64,000 nt of DNA from Camelus ferus (lineage: Eukaryota), in NCBI RefSeq assembly GCF_009834535.1, contig NC_045697.1, positions 16,990,001 through 17,054,000 on the forward strand, given 5' to 3'. This document shows positions 25,149-38,825 of the stretch, piece after piece. The position numbers were made by a program, and so were the translations under genes. Numbering within the stretch: the stretch's first letter is position 1; every line of letters begins with the position of its first letter. Below the pieces are notes generated by a model. That model saw only the letters and a list, made by a program, of their open reading frames with translations. It had not been told where the DNA came from and did not search any database.

Positions 25149-25514
25149 TGTTGCAGGCTGCACTGTGTCCCACCCCAAAGTGCATTTGTTGAAGTCCTCA
25201 CCCCCAGGACCTCGGAATGTGATGGAGTTTGGAGATAAAGCCTACAGAGTGGCTACTAAGGTAAAATGAGGACGTATAGGTGGGCCTTAATGCAATATGA
25301 CTGGTGTCCTTATAAGAAGAGGAGAATCTGACGCAGAGCCAAACAGGAAAGACCACAAGAAGAAGGCAAAGGGAGAAGAGATCACCTGCAAGGCCTCAGA
25401 ATGAACCCTGCTGACACTATGACCTCAGACTTCTAACCTCCCGAACTGTGAGAAAATAAATTTCTGTGCTTTAAGCCAGCCAGCCTGTTACAGGAGCCCA
25501 AGCACGCCAACACG
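25149..25514 (+). mobile_element. MLT1A/B ERVL-MaLR solo LTR
   Basis: 'tgttgcaggctgcactgtgtccc...gttgaagtcctcacccccagg...atatgactggtgtccttataagaagagg...cagacttctaacctcccgaactgtgagaaaataaatttctg'. Confidence 0.9.
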
Positions 25515-25589
25515 GGCTGCTCAGCGCAGTCAGATACATAGACGCTCAGCATGGCACAGGCCTTCAGAGAATGCTAGTTCCCATCCCAG

Positions 25590-25750
25590 TCTCCCCAACC
25601 CCATTACACAGATGGGTAAGTAGAAACAGATCAATCAAGATGAGTTGCCTTAATGTGATTTAGTAAGTGAGAAAGGAGGAAGTCAGCTTCCAAAATTCAG
25701 AGGCTCAGACTCGCCGTCCATGCCTGGTCTACTGGGCCATACTGCCTCTC
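25590..25750 (-). mobile_element. MIR fragment
   Basis: 'cccattacacagatgggtaagtagaaacaga...gagttgcctta...tagtaagtg'. Confidence 0.55.
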
Positions 25751-28700
25751 GCAAGAAACGGAAGCACATCAAACAAAAGCCCTAGATGACACTCCTGGCT
25801 TCTAGCCGAGGGCAGATTCATATCTCAATGTAGTTTCAATATCCCTAAGCCACAAACAAGGGTCAGCGGGAGATGACTGTGTGCAAGCAAACAGCTTTTT
25901 CAAAAAGCCCTTCTCCAAAGTGCTGTGCAAACAATCAAGGCAACGCCTGACCCATTTTCCCCCCTCCTACGCAGACAAAATCACCTGACAAGCCTAGGAT
26001 GAAACCAACCCAGTTCTTAACTACCGCCCCCTAAAAAAGCCATCTCACGTGACTGTGAAAACCGTTCCAGACTGTCATGCACACATCTGAAGAGCTTCAT
26101 GCCAAAGAGAAAACCAGGGCCCCAGAAGGCCAAGGTTGCTGCGGAACCCAGGACTCTGAGTATATGACTCCCCACACCCATGGTCTGTGTGCTCACCAGA
26201 TTAAACCAGCTATGAGACATTTAAAAGTTAGAACAACAAACACCCTGCCAGGTTTGCAGTTAAACTGCAGCCAGACAGGGCCACCTAGTCATGTGCGCCC
26301 CTCTTAATCCCCGCTGAGGGTCAGGTAACTCACCCAGCACCTGAGAAACGTGCGTATCCACCCACAGCCTGTTCCTCTTTGGTTTCTCTAGTTAAGTCAG
26401 GTTTCCCTCCACCTCCAATTCTTGGCAGTTTTAAGAACCAGAACCAAAGGGACAACTGGATGCAGTCCAGTTGCAGTGAAATTAGAAGCTGCCTTAGATA
26501 CACCAGGGTATACAGGACTAGGACTTGTTTACTCAACATATAAGTTAAGGTCAACAAGGGAAGAAACGTTTCCTGTTCACAAACCCTTTAGGGCTGTTTG
26601 TTTTGGGGCCTCTGGTTGTTCCTGGTGAAATCCCATAGTGTGTGCCTGGGAATAACCAACCCGGTCACATGAAATGCATTCTTTTTTGCAAATCACTGAA
26701 GTCTTACCAGGCCTAGCAGGATTCAGTTCCTGTTTGTTCTTGTTAAGAAGCAAAAGAGTAGAACTGTCTCTCTTCTCAGAGCAGCAAAGGCCTTTGACCA
26801 TTAAAATGGTCAGGTCCCCCTTTAGTCTGTTGACTCAATTCAGCTGGAAACATTAGGAGAAATCAGTGTGAATGCATGGATCCTAGTGTGTGCATGTGAG
26901 TACAATTTGCCCTGCCTGGAAACACAGCAGGGACTGTCTATTAAGCAAGAGTATTGATTTTGAGACTTGCTCCTTTAGCCTACAAGACACTCCGTGGCCT
27001 CTATCCAGCACCTCTTTTAACTCCTGTGTTTTGGGCCCTATATTGTGATCTACCAAGGGAGGCATGTTTCCATTAGCAATATCTCCTTGTAAACTCCATG
27101 GGGTTCTCCCGGACAGTTTTTCTTCGTTTGAATCAATGGTAAATGCAAAGTGGGTTAAGCTATTTCAAAAGAACCAAGTTACTAAATTGGTTTTCTCCAC
27201 CACCAGAAACCTGTAATTACATATGTTTACTAGTGAATTTTTGCTAGATGGTTTTTTTTTTTTTAAATCAACTGACATTAATGACACTAAGTGTGAAATA
27301 CAGATTGCTTGAGTAAACATTGCTTTCTTTTTTTACCAGTATAAGTGAAGAGAAAAACAGACTTCTGCTATTAGTTAATGCACTATCATGCAAATGATCC
27401 TGTTTAGTGAGAAATAAACACAATCCCAACATGAAGATCATTGTTTGCTGTTGTCCCAACTTGTTTCCCTAGCTCACAGCCCTGAGGATGCCTGAAGATT
27501 CTTGATGGTGCATAAAAAGCTCCTGTGTGTGCCCCACATGAGGGTACCCATCATTCTTTCCCACATATTAATAAGCATTTGAGCAAAAGCATCAGGCAAA
27601 CTGCACACTCAGTAACTCACAAGGGAAGTATTCGTTTGTAAGCGTAAATGTTGGAAATGAAATGCGCCAAAAAGGAGGTGTGTAAAACTCTGGTCCATTA
27701 TAGTGCAATTATCCACAGGATTAAACCTGAAAGAGGCAGCATCTCTGAAACAAGTGCATCTGAAAGCCCAACTGACAGCCTCTCCAAAAAATAAACAAAC
27801 AAAAACAGGCTGGCTCCTTCCCAGTGGAGAATGGAGAAGATCTGGGGTGTCTCTAGGTACCAAGCAGAGGTGGACCGATCTTCCACCCCATCGTTCCAGA
27901 GGTCACGAGGAGAGCATCACTGAGCCAGGAGCCAAGAACTGCCCAAGACGCCTGCCTGCCGGCTGGCTGTGTGAGACATTAGACCAGAAAGGCATGAGTG
28001 AGAGAACAATCCCCCCCTCAGCACAGCACCGAGGGTAAACACCAGGCTTGGTGGAGGACAGGACTGGAAATAAATCTAACAGGCATGTCATCTTCAAATG
28101 CAAAGGACGCGCTCAGAGATAAAGGTGGGGACAGGTACAGATAAACCTGAGTCACATTCAGGAAGGCATCCATCTTGGGTCACCTATCTGATCACAGGCC
28201 CTGTAATCACATTGCCTGGAGACAGGAGCAAGGAATTTCTTTTGTTCACAACAATGCCAAGGATCTGTGATTTTGCGGCCTGATCGCTGGACAATGCGAC
28301 ACTGGAAACTTTCTGAAAATAGCACGCAACTCAAATGTATGTGTCGCCAGGGGAGGACTGAGATAATACCCCCTCCCCTCGACTCAGTCACATACCGTGA
28401 CTGGCTCTAGAAATTCCTAAAAGGAATGCCAGGACTTGGTTGCAAGGGAAGCAAAATTATATGCCAATGACCTAAAAATAGGACTCGGCTGACAAAAAGG
28501 GAGACAAAGAGAGGCGAGCCTCTTTCTTTGTGCTCACATACCTGCGAGGCGTGACTTAGGAGGGTTCTTTCAAACCACACAATTCCTGATGAACATACTT
28601 ATCTTCAAAATCCACCAAGTGACACCATCTTTTTCAGACAAGCAGGGGACATTGTCCCCATCCCACCCAGATCGGCCCTCAAAAGAAAGCAAAGACGGTC

Positions 28701-28842
28701 CCATCCAAAAATGATGGAGGGTGTTCTCGGCAATGCAGATTTATCTGTTTTTCTTTTCCTCTGAACCATAGCGAATGATTCTTCAGATGACAAAAGAACT
28801 AACAGGAGTTGGGAGAAGTCTAGGGGAGGCTAGTCACCAAAC

Positions 28843-29082
28843 ACAGGCTTCAAACAGCCAATAGAGGTACCAGCAGGTGCTGAGCTAGGGTCCTTAAAGC
28901 AGTGAGTTAGGGAGAGGGGTGGTGAAATGGGGAGCAGGGCAAAATCCCTCACTCCAGAAGAATTTCAACACAACTTAGACAAAACGCCTTTTACGGTTCA
29001 CAAAATGGCGGGCGCATTGAAGAGGCACAAAAAGCAAGATGGCAGCCAACCGGCCTCAGAGTCCATGCAGTCAGTCCCCTGC
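28843..29082. mobile_element. MER102-like hAT element, degraded
   Basis: 'cagg...tcaaac...ggggtggtgaaatggggagcagggc...caaaaagcaagatggcagccaaccggcctcagagtccatgcagtcagtcccctg' resembles MER102 ends. Confidence 0.45.
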
Positions 29083-29904
29083 CTGTCCTGAGCTTGCCCA
29101 CCCCTCGGGCAGTGCATTGCTGTAAGCATTCACACAGCTGTCACAGGCAGCTGTGAAGTCCCTCCACCACCTTCGGGGTTGTCCCTGTGCTGAAGTATTG
29201 CAGGGCTTGTATAGTTTGACCCCAGTTCTCAGTTCTGCTAACCAGCTATGTCAAATTATGCATTTCTCAAAGGAGCCAGCAGGGACTCCAAGAAAAGAGG
29301 ATAGAGGCAGAGAATACAGATTCCAAGGAATTACTTTATTAGGCCAAAGTAGGAGGCCCTGGGGAAATGTGTATGCTGCCTCCCTTCCACTGCAGAGGCT
29401 TTCTTACAACCAGCTATCAACTGACCACTGAGGCATCAAAAATTCAAATGAGAGATGAGCTAGTAAGGAAAGTTGCTTGTTTTACGGCATCACTTGCTTG
29501 CTTAGAGGCAAAATCTGTTGCCGTATTTGGACTCCTGAGAGAATGGGCTGTAGCTCTTGCTTCAGGATCTAAAGATGTGACCATCTGAACCAAAGAAAGA
29601 AACACTCAGTTTCCTTCAGTGAAAATAAATACTCTGCCAGTTGATAGGTTCTAGAACAGTTACCAGGAAGAGAGCCCCACTTCTAATCTGGGCACAAAAT
29701 CTGCTACCAAACCGTGGCATTACGCTAAAAATGATCACCCATAAAACTAATTTATGACTTTTTCCTGAGGAGCTCAAAGAACTATTTAACTCTCATAATA
29801 TTATTCTATTATAAGAGAGTAGGCACGTAGTATTACATTCACTCAAAAATTAAATCATCATGGCCCACACAGTCCAACCACCAAAAATAATGGTGTTGAG
29901 GAGT

Positions 29905-30375
29905 AATTCCTTAAGCACAGGTTTACTGAGACCAACCTCAATGAAGTATTCCAGGCACTGTTGTAGGTACTGGGGATGCAGCAAAAAAAGAAAACCCAAA
30001 ATTTCCTGCTCTCATGGAGCTTACATTTTAAGAAAGGTGAAAATGGAGCACTAATAAATAAAATTTATATGATCAGTGATAAATACTACAGAGAAAAACA
30101 AAGCAGGGAAAAGATAAAGAAGAGTGTTGGGGTTAGAATTTAAAAGGGGGTGGTGTGGTCAGGGGCGATCTCACAGAGGAGGTGGTGGTTGAACAAGACC
30201 TAAAGGAGGTGAGGGTATTGGTCATGTAGATATTTAAAATAAGAGCATCCTAGACAGATGAGATGGGATATGCAAAGGCCCTGAGGCAGGAAAGAGGCCT
30301 GTTTGAGGAACTAAAGCTATAGTAAAGGTACAGCAAATGAGCAAATGCAAATTAGAATAGCATGAGATGGTGTGA
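29905..30375 (-). mobile_element. L2a LINE 3' fragment
   Basis: 'ccaggcactgttgtaggtactggggatgcagc...cctgctctcatggagcttacatt...tgcaaaggccctgaggcagga...gtttgaggaac'. Confidence 0.9.
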
Positions 30376-30384
30376 ACATGAATA

Positions 30385-30510
30385 GTTTATATACGTATTT
30401 ATAAAATATATGTATATTATAATATATATTAGTATAATGCTTATATATGTGTACATGTACAATGTATACGTATGTGTGTATACATATAGTCTTGTATGGT
30501 TATATATTTT
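30385..30510. repeat. (TA)/(TG)-rich tract
   Basis: Directly visible. Confidence 0.8.
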
Positions 30511-30511
30511 G

Positions 30512-30620
30512 ATCACTCATTTATTCAACAAGCATTTATTGAACATCTATTATATGCAAGCAACTGTGCTAGGAATAAGGTTGTAAATAACACAGACACT
30601 GGCCCCTGCTCTCAGGAAGG
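30512..30620 (-). mobile_element. L2 3' end fragment
   Basis: 'cactcatttattcaacaagcatttattgaacatctattatatgc...cacagacactggcccctgctctcagg'. Confidence 0.8.
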
Positions 30621-31310
30621 CATAAGTCAAATCAGAAGCAAAACCAGGATTTCAGAACTCCCACTTGGCACTGCAGCAAATTGGGGAAGAGCCAGCAATG
30701 AATTTCAGGAACCTGGCAGTCTTGCCCCAAGTTTGCTGCAAGCTTCAAGCAAAAATAGCAGGTAAACTGGTTTTCTTTAGCACGCTCTTCCCTGAACAAA
30801 GAGTGTATGTGCTTTTCTCTTATTACACATTCATATTCACAGTCAGCAAGAGCCCATTGACCACACATTCTGTGCTGACCCAGTACTAAGAGGTAAATAT
30901 ATAGATAGACATGGAAGAACGTTTTCCCGAAGAACCTGCAGCCTGTTTAATGAGACAGACTGCAAACAATTACAGCTTACAGAATGTCCGGAGTAAGTGC
31001 CTGCACAATTAGTCATGTGATGATTAACATATAGCAAACAGGGTGGACAGATGTTAACTGTTTTGATCACCTTAAAGTCACAAATATTCAAAGCCCTCAT
31101 GAGTGCCAGTGTATACAATTTATGATGTTAACTTCAGAAAGGTGTGTATGGCCCAAGAAACACTCTTGTGTAGGTATATGCAGGTCTGTGATTAAGAAAT
31201 AGGGAAACATCTGTTTGGTAACTTTAAGGATAACTTCCCAGGGGAATTAATTCCCGGGGTGACTTTTAAAAGAAAGTGGGAGTGAACTGGAGCCTTGCAA
31301 TTTCCATAAA

Positions 31311-31511
31311 CAGTCGTCCCTGGGTGTCCTCAGGATATTGGTTCTAGGAACACACACACACCGCAGATAGTAAAATCCAGTTGGTCAAGTCACATATGAA
31401 AAAGTGTAGTTCAGCCAGGCCTCCGTATTCGCGGATTCCACATTCGCAGAATTTCATCCTCGGTTTCTTGAATCTCTGCACGTGGAACCCGGGGATAGGA
31501 AGGGCTGGCTG
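31311..31511. mobile_element. TcMar-Tigger MITE (MER2-like)
   Basis: Left end 'cagtcgtccctgggtgtcc...ttggttctagga', right end 'ggaacccggggataggaagggctggctg' followed by TA. Imperfect TIRs. Confidence 0.8.
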
Positions 31512-32084
31512 TAGAAATCTGCAAGCTTCTTGCAGCCACTCAAGAACCCTCTCCATACTGTTGCTGGCCTTAGGTGTAGACCCAGGGAAGCCTGCTCCTT
31601 GTTTTAGAGAAATGCATAGGGGGGAAACCTGAGCTCCAGGCAGACGGTGAGACCAAGGCAGAACGAGAGCTCCTGGGAAAGGGTGCCACTCGTCCTCCCG
31701 TTGCCCCTCTGGTCTGTCTCCTCTCCCTCCACCTTCTGCCTGTTTATCTGTCCTCCCTTGAACCTTCATCGTCACCTCATCCAGTCATTAGAAGCACAGA
31801 ATCAGCCTCCCTACAAAATAGATGCACTGTTGGAATAAATGTTAGCCCTCCTCTGATGTTGACATTTGGCAAAATAACCGAAGTGTTATTTTGTATCTCA
31901 GCCAGGGGCACGCGTGCTTTCATGCTCAAGTGCTGCAAGGCCAGTAAACAGGTTTCAGGGTGTTTTTTTATTTTTGGTCTCTGGATCCTTGCCAGCCAAG
32001 AATAATTAATATCTTGCATGATGCCCACTTTCCCACCCATCCAAGTGCATCTGCTTTATGTAAAAACTAGTGTTTATTGAATGT

Positions 32085-32556
32085 ATGTATTTCATACATA
32101 TATTTATATATTATATTGTACCAATACATATTTAGATATGTATATATTAATCATACAATATTATATATCATAATATAAACAATTACATTAGTGCCTAATA
32201 ATATATTATATAAATATATTTATATATTATTATATTTATACATTTATATTTTATAATACATTATAAATTATTATAAAAATTATACAATGTATAGATATTA
32301 TACTATATAGTATACAGTGTATATATTTTATATACACAATATATATTATATACATAAAATATAAATTATACAATTGATATATATTAAACAATATATATTA
32401 TGCAATGTATATATTATACACATATATACAATGTATATGTTATACAATATAAACTATGTTATAAATTATATAAAATTATAAATTATTTATAATGTATTAT
32501 AAATAATATACTTATAAAAATGTATCATTATATAAATACATGTATATATTATATAG
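32085..32556. repeat. Long AT-rich tract with internal inverted repeat
   Basis: About 470 bp of almost pure A/T, with a 19-bp perfect inverted pair at 32250-32268 and 32485-32503. Confidence 0.9.
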
Positions 32557-34149
32557 TTAGAGTTTGTGGGAGATATAGATATACTTGTATATGCCAAGCA
32601 CTCTGGAAGCATTTACACATTTAATATTCCCATTCCCGCCATCATCCCCACGTTTAGAGGAAAGAGATGAAATACCTTGCCCGAGTCCCTCAGCCATTAC
32701 CGGCAGCCACAACCAGCCAAACCCTTCCTGCACTTGCGAAAGCAGGGTGCCTCGTGCCACCCTCCCTGGGAGATCATGCTGCTCTTACCATCGCTACCTA
32801 CAGACAATGGCACAAGGATTCAGCAGGTCTAAGTGTCTTGCCAAGGCCACACCATCAGACCCTTCACTTCCCTGAATCTCCTGCTGTATTTTTCTGTGAA
32901 ATCAAGGTACTCTGAAAAGCCTTATGCCCAGAATGGCAGACACCGCCTTGGAAAAGCCAAAAACTGCCCTTCCTGGTCTTGGTCATCCCCTGTGTAGGAG
33001 AGGAGATGTTAAAAAAAAACATATCAACTCACTCACAGAAAAACAAGATAATACCACATTCTGCTTAGGTTTATAAACACCCGTGTGAGACAGGCAGAGA
33101 CAGGAGGGTAATTCCAGATGCATAATGAACAAACAGCAAATTCCACAGTGTGGGCCTTGTTAAAACCTCTGCCATCAACTTTAATGATGAGCTTATTTAT
33201 GCTAAACTTCACTACATTATCGGAGTCACTAGTGCCTGTAAGTGAGGGATAATGTGCCTGAAACTTCCATGAGGTCATGGGGCCTTCCCCAAGCTGACAT
33301 TTCAGCGCTGGGAGACACAGGACCAGTGAGTACTTGCAGATGTACACCTAGGACAACTGTTTGGTATTCTGCCCTAGAAAGCCAGCCCACTGGCCAAACA
33401 AGTTTGGGGATGTTCAAAGAGAGCTAAACAGACTTGTTTTACCTCCAAATCTCTAACATGGCGTAAAATGTTAATGCGTCCTCCGAATCTCCAAGATGGA
33501 ATACATCATGTCAGATTTTCTGAATGTTGACCAAAGAAATTTGCTTCAAAAGAGGACCTATCTGACTATTAGTCTGTTAAAACACTAGTGTGATGGACAT
33601 TAAATCAAAAAACTGCAGCAAAAGCAATGCTTAGGTATAACAAGGTGCAAACAGAAGATGCCTCAGTTCATCACTCAGCGTCAGCGATGTGGAATCTGGG
33701 CTGGCAAAGTTGTCCTCATGTGCAGGTATCCTGAAGGATGTGCATGTTACTGAGAATGTACATTTCTAAGTCCTAATGGGAAAGGATTCAATCAAATTGA
33801 AATCAAAGCTTCTACACAGGACCTCAAAACCCTGCATGAGTGTTTCCCCTCTGTCACCGTGAGCCGGAAGTTTCACGTATCCTCAAATATCCCTACGCTT
33901 GGGACCACAGGTGCCTTAACGCCCTGTCTAGGGAAGCACAGCATCATTAGATCCTAAAAGGAGACACATATTAAAGATTCCAGTCACATCAGCATTTTCC
34001 CCAAAGATGAACCACGTTATTAGCAGACAAGCTGCGTGCTGGCTTAACGAGGTCTGAAAGGTAATCAATACAACGGCCAACGCTGGACCTTAACAGCAGC
34101 TCAGAATGGGGCTAGTTGGATTGGGGCACTGGGGCATTCTCATGCAACT

Positions 34150-34435
34150 GACGCTGGCACCTTCTGACAGTGTCCCCACCTCAGAGAGGTCCTCCCCAAC
34201 CGTCTTATGTGAGGATGCGCTCCCAGCCCATTTCCCTGCTGTTTTCTACAGCACTTACAGTCCAATATTATCTCACCCTTTTTATTTTTTATAACCTGTC
34301 TCCTCCCACGAGACTGTAAGTTCCATGAGGTCGGGGACATACCTGTCACTTTCATCACCACAGCCCCAAGTCTGGAACACACCTGCCACAGAGAAATCAG
34401 TCTGTAAACACCTGTTGCACATTGAATGAATGTTC
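34150..34435 (+). mobile_element. L2 3' end
   Basis: 'cctgtctcctcccacgagactgtaagttccatgaggtcggggac...cacacctgccacagag...ttgaatgaatg'. Confidence 0.85.
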
Positions 34436-36912
34436 TGCTTTCCGGAAACCTTGATTTAGGCAAGCAGATCCTCTACTTTGGAGAGTGACAGTCCTGGGTT
34501 TTAATTTCCTGTCCTACGTTGACACAACTGTCACTCCTCCTTATACCCCTGTCAGCCCCAACCTAACCCAGGGCAAAAGAAATAAAGAAAAAGAGGGCAG
34601 GATGAAGGAGAAAGAGCTCTGGTGTAGAGACAGACATTGCACGTGTCTTTGGGCTCATACTCTGTTCGGAAGGGCAGGAGCTCCAAGAAGGACTCAGTGG
34701 TAACATGCCCCATGAGAAAGGAGCACTTTCCCAGTCTCCTGCATCAGAGCAGACAACGCCTGGCACCTGTACCAGCCCCCGGCCACAGGGAGCATGTCAA
34801 AGCCTTTAAACATTGGACAGGATTCCTCTCTGTGCTTTTCCTTGCATGGGGCATATTTTATTGCCAGTCCTGCCTGCAGCCCCTTCTAAAGAACCTGAAT
34901 CATTCAAACACCCTGTAAAGTCTGCCTGCCCCCTTATTCAATCTTGGCCAGCTGAATAAAACAATGGCCACAAGGTCCCAGACAGCCAACCCACTGACTG
35001 ACCAGTGGCTGATGAGCTCAGATTCCCCTGAGAGTTTACCTAAGAGCCACAGAGATCATCATCCATTGGTCATGGGCAATAGAATGGTGAGGTCTTAGCA
35101 TACAGCCATATTGGCTCATAAACAAGCAGAAGGAAATCAATCAAAATACAGTGGAGACAAAGAGAAGCAGGAAGGAGATACTGTGTGTGGCTTCTGTAGG
35201 AAAGAAACTTGAAAAGCCAGGTCCCACCCTTGTAGACATGGCAAGAGATGCTGTCCACTCCTACCAGATGCCTAACTCCAGTCCACCGGAGAACTGAGCA
35301 GTTTTCATTTCCTGTGTCTGTGAGCGTGCCCTCTACCCTACCATAGACACCCTCTTTACTTCAACCAGCCCACGTGGCTTTTCCTACCCAGAGATCAAAT
35401 ACACTCTTGGCTGGAACAGCTGCTTCGGGTCTCAAAGGCATTGGCATTTATGTTGGACACCTTATTCCTTTACCTGTGTTCTCAGGGCTATCCTCATAAA
35501 TTCTGTTTTCCACACCCCCTTCAGGGCCCGGCTATAATCCTACCTCCCTTTCAAGTCTTCTTTGAGCCCTACTAGAATGAGCACCACCCCTTACAAACTC
35601 AGGCATGATCTCCATGTGGCGCCCCTGAAATCCCTCCCTCTAAGTGTTGAGTGCCCACTGTAGGCTTTGTTGGGTTCTGGGAATATGAAGAGGAGGGAAA
35701 CCCAGTCCCAACCCCGAGCTGGGTGAAAAGGAACTAGCACATCAGCATAAACGGCAGCACACAGCGTGGAGAGCAAAACAGAGCAACAACAGGGCTGAGA
35801 GCTGTGTGGGTTCAGGGTCAGAGCTGGTGCCTGTGTCTGTAGCGAATCCCACGTTCAAGCAGGCCAAGTGTGGGGAAAGGATGGATTGCTCATCATATCA
35901 AAGCTAAAGGTATACGTACAACACCGAAAAAAAAACACACACTTAAAAATGCTGCTGTCATGTAGACATGGACATGATACGTGTTTGTCAAGGCAGATGA
36001 AAAATACTTCCTCTCCGTAAGTAAGGACATTCACAAACAGGAGCTGAGACAACCCCATTAATGACACAAGACTAAATGCCGCTCTAAACGCAGTGTAAAC
36101 ATGCACTGGATTCATCAGTCAAAACTCTAACGTGCTCAGTAGCATTGAAGGCTGCATTCAGATCACTCTGTGCTCAAATACGGGTCTCTCCGTTCACCAT
36201 GCCCATGACAATGATTATTGCACTTAGCTTTAAATGGGGAAGCACATTTAAGTGAACGACAAAGGTAACATTGGCAAAATACAAAGAAAATGCTCACACC
36301 TGTATGGAATTAAAGGATAAACTAGTTCTGATCAAGTGTTGTCTCTATGAGTACAGTTATTATTAGCGCTACCTCATGTGGTAAATCAAGAATAATGAAG
36401 ATGTGTCTCCTGCACATAGTTCCATCATTCATTATTTGCTCCTAAAGCCAATATTCCTAGAAGGAAAAACCTAGGTAAGCAGTATTAATGAGTTGTTGGA
36501 TTTAGAAGTTTTAAAAAGATTTTAGTATCTAGCATCTTTTATGACAATCTTCTAATAAAAAAAAATCAGTTGGTAGTGAAAAGACAGAACCTGGGTCTGG
36601 AGAATCAGGCTGGGGTTAAAGCAAAAAGTCCGATCAGGTTACCATTTTTATTACTAATTTGCTCTGTTCATTTAGGGAATCAATTTGTTGCCATTAAAGG
36701 CTTGGGTTTCATATATTTTACAATTTACACACATTTCCTGATGTGAAAGAGCTGTGGAGCTTGTAGGAGCTCAGACAAGCTGTCTTCTAATGGTCTGATA
36801 GATGCACGTGTTCTTAAAATGTGCCTGCAAATAAACTGTAAATGCCACGAAGCCTACCAGTCTCCATAAACAGGAAAAAATCCTGAGCAGCGTGGAAGGT
36901 TGGTTTAGCAGT

Positions 36913-36916
<4 letters not shown>

Positions 36917-36957
<41 letters not shown>

Positions 36958-37030
36958 TTATATATATATATTATATATATATATTATATATATATTATAT
37001 ATATATATTATATATATTTATATATATATA
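36917..37030. repeat. (TG)16 followed by interrupted (TA)n
   Basis: Directly visible compound microsatellite. Confidence 0.95.
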
Positions 37031-37869
37031 AAACACCCCTACAGTTATATCCTCCTCCTGCAATAAACCAGTTGTGAAATAATAGAAATTAAGAGGGGCC
37101 TTCCTAGCCTGGACCACTTTCATCTAAATCTAAATCTAATTTTTCCTTAACTTACAGCAAAACCCATGGGAGAAGCTGAAATTCATTGATTTGGAATAGG
37201 ATGGATGACTATCCTTCCAAAACCCTTCAGGGAGGTGCAATGTCCCCAACTTTGGGGACAAAAGAGTTTTTACAGATCATAGTAAATCAATAACTCATAG
37301 ACAGTATGACAGATACAGAATATCCTTACTTAAGATGAAAAACAAATTGTGCATTTCGATCTTTAATCAATAAAGAGCTAACAAATCAGCAGTGCAAACA
37401 AGATGAGAGAATCTTATTTCATCCTCAGTCACGAACTGAAGAGATGTACCGGGCTGTGTTCTGTGGTTAAAAATCACTCCCAGGATGGCGTGCTTGCGAA
37501 CTATTGAGTACGAAGGTCAATGGAGACCAGCTCACTGTGGGATTTGCAATGCAGAAAGGACAAATGGGCAGAACATAAAAGGGCACTCGACACAAATGTC
37601 AATTAATGTATTATTCTTCTACAAACTTCCTTTAGCAAGTATTTTGGTGGCTTTAAAGCCTCTGTTCTTCTCGTGGGAGCAAGAGTGAGACTTCTTGCTT
37701 TTAGCTTTTCATCAAATGATGTTCAGAAGAAAACCTATAAAGGCTTCACATGAAAACTAGGAGTCTTGACCCACCTTAATTAGCCCAAGTCCTTTGAAAT
37801 TTTCCAACCCAGAGGTCCTTTCTTTTCTGTTGCCAGTTAATGCTAAAAGATTGTTGTTGGAGAGTAACT

Positions 37870-38105
37870 CCTCAATTCCAAGAACTCCTGTGTACCGCAC
37901 ACAGGAGATATGCTAACGGGAGCCACCCTTTAAGTACCTGGGGCATTAGGACTGGTGTCAATTATGCTCACTTTATAGATGAGGCCTCTGACCTTCAGAT
38001 AGGTCCCCGGACATGCCCAAGGTCATACAGTTGAAAGAGGCAAAGCTGGGACTCACATCAAGGCAGTCTGAATCCAATGTCCATTCACTTATGCATTGCA
38101 CTGCT
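37870..38105 (-). mobile_element. MIR SINE
   Basis: 'attatgctcactttatagatgagg...catgcccaaggtcatacag...ggcaaagctgggactcacatcaaggcagtctgaatcca'. Confidence 0.8.
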
Positions 38106-38425
38106 AGCCACAATTTGCCCAATCCAATTTTCCACTGCCTCCCCACACACCCCTCCTCTTCCCTCTTCTCACATATCCCCTCCAAACATGCCTTGTACTT
38201 TGCCACTTTCACAGTTTTCCACATGGAAGTCCCCAGTTCTTTGGTCCCCTCCAAAAGTCTACCATTCCTCAAGGTTCTGCTATGAGCACTGTCCCCCTGA
38301 AATCCTATTGCCTCTGGTTGCTACCAACAAGGCATTTCTACTGCCACCTAACTGCCATTTCCCTACATCACCTCTCCTCCTCGCCCCCAAAATGTGTTGC
38401 CTGAGGGCAGAAACTGTGCACCTCG

Positions 38426-38798
38426 TGTCTTAAATCAGCTCAACTGCTATAACAAAATGCCACAGACTGGGTGGCTTAAACAACAGAAGTGTTCTCACAA
38501 TTCTGGAGGCTGGGAGGGCCAAGATCAAGGTGCTGGCAGACTCAGTTCTTGGCGGGGCTCCTCATCCTGGTTTGCAGATGGCAGTTTCTTGCCATGTCCT
38601 CACATGGTGGAGAGAGAGGGCTCTGGTCTCTTCCTCTTTTTTTAAGGACACTAACCCCATCATGGGGATTCAACCTTCATGGCTTTGTCTAAGCCTAATC
38701 ACCTCCCAAAGTTCTCACCTCCAAATACTGTGTCACTTTGGAGATTAGGATTTCAATATATGTATTTTGGAAGAGCACAAACATTCAAATCCAGAGCA
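38426..38798 (-). mobile_element. MLT1A-type ERVL-MaLR solo LTR
   Basis: 'ctgctataacaaaatgccacagactgggtggcttaaacaacagaa...ctcacaattctggaggctggga...ccaagatcaaggtgctggcaga...cacaaacattcaaatccagagca'. Confidence 0.92.
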
Positions 38799-38825
38799 CC
38801 TACCTGATACTTATCGAATGCACAT

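Noticed and set aside
31344..31775. 143-aa minus-strand ORF
   Set aside because: It overlaps the non-coding MER2-like MITE and has no transposase motif.
31870..31893. CAAAATAAC/GTTATTTTG 9-bp hairpin
   Set aside because: AT-rich and isolated; plausible by chance in a window of this size.
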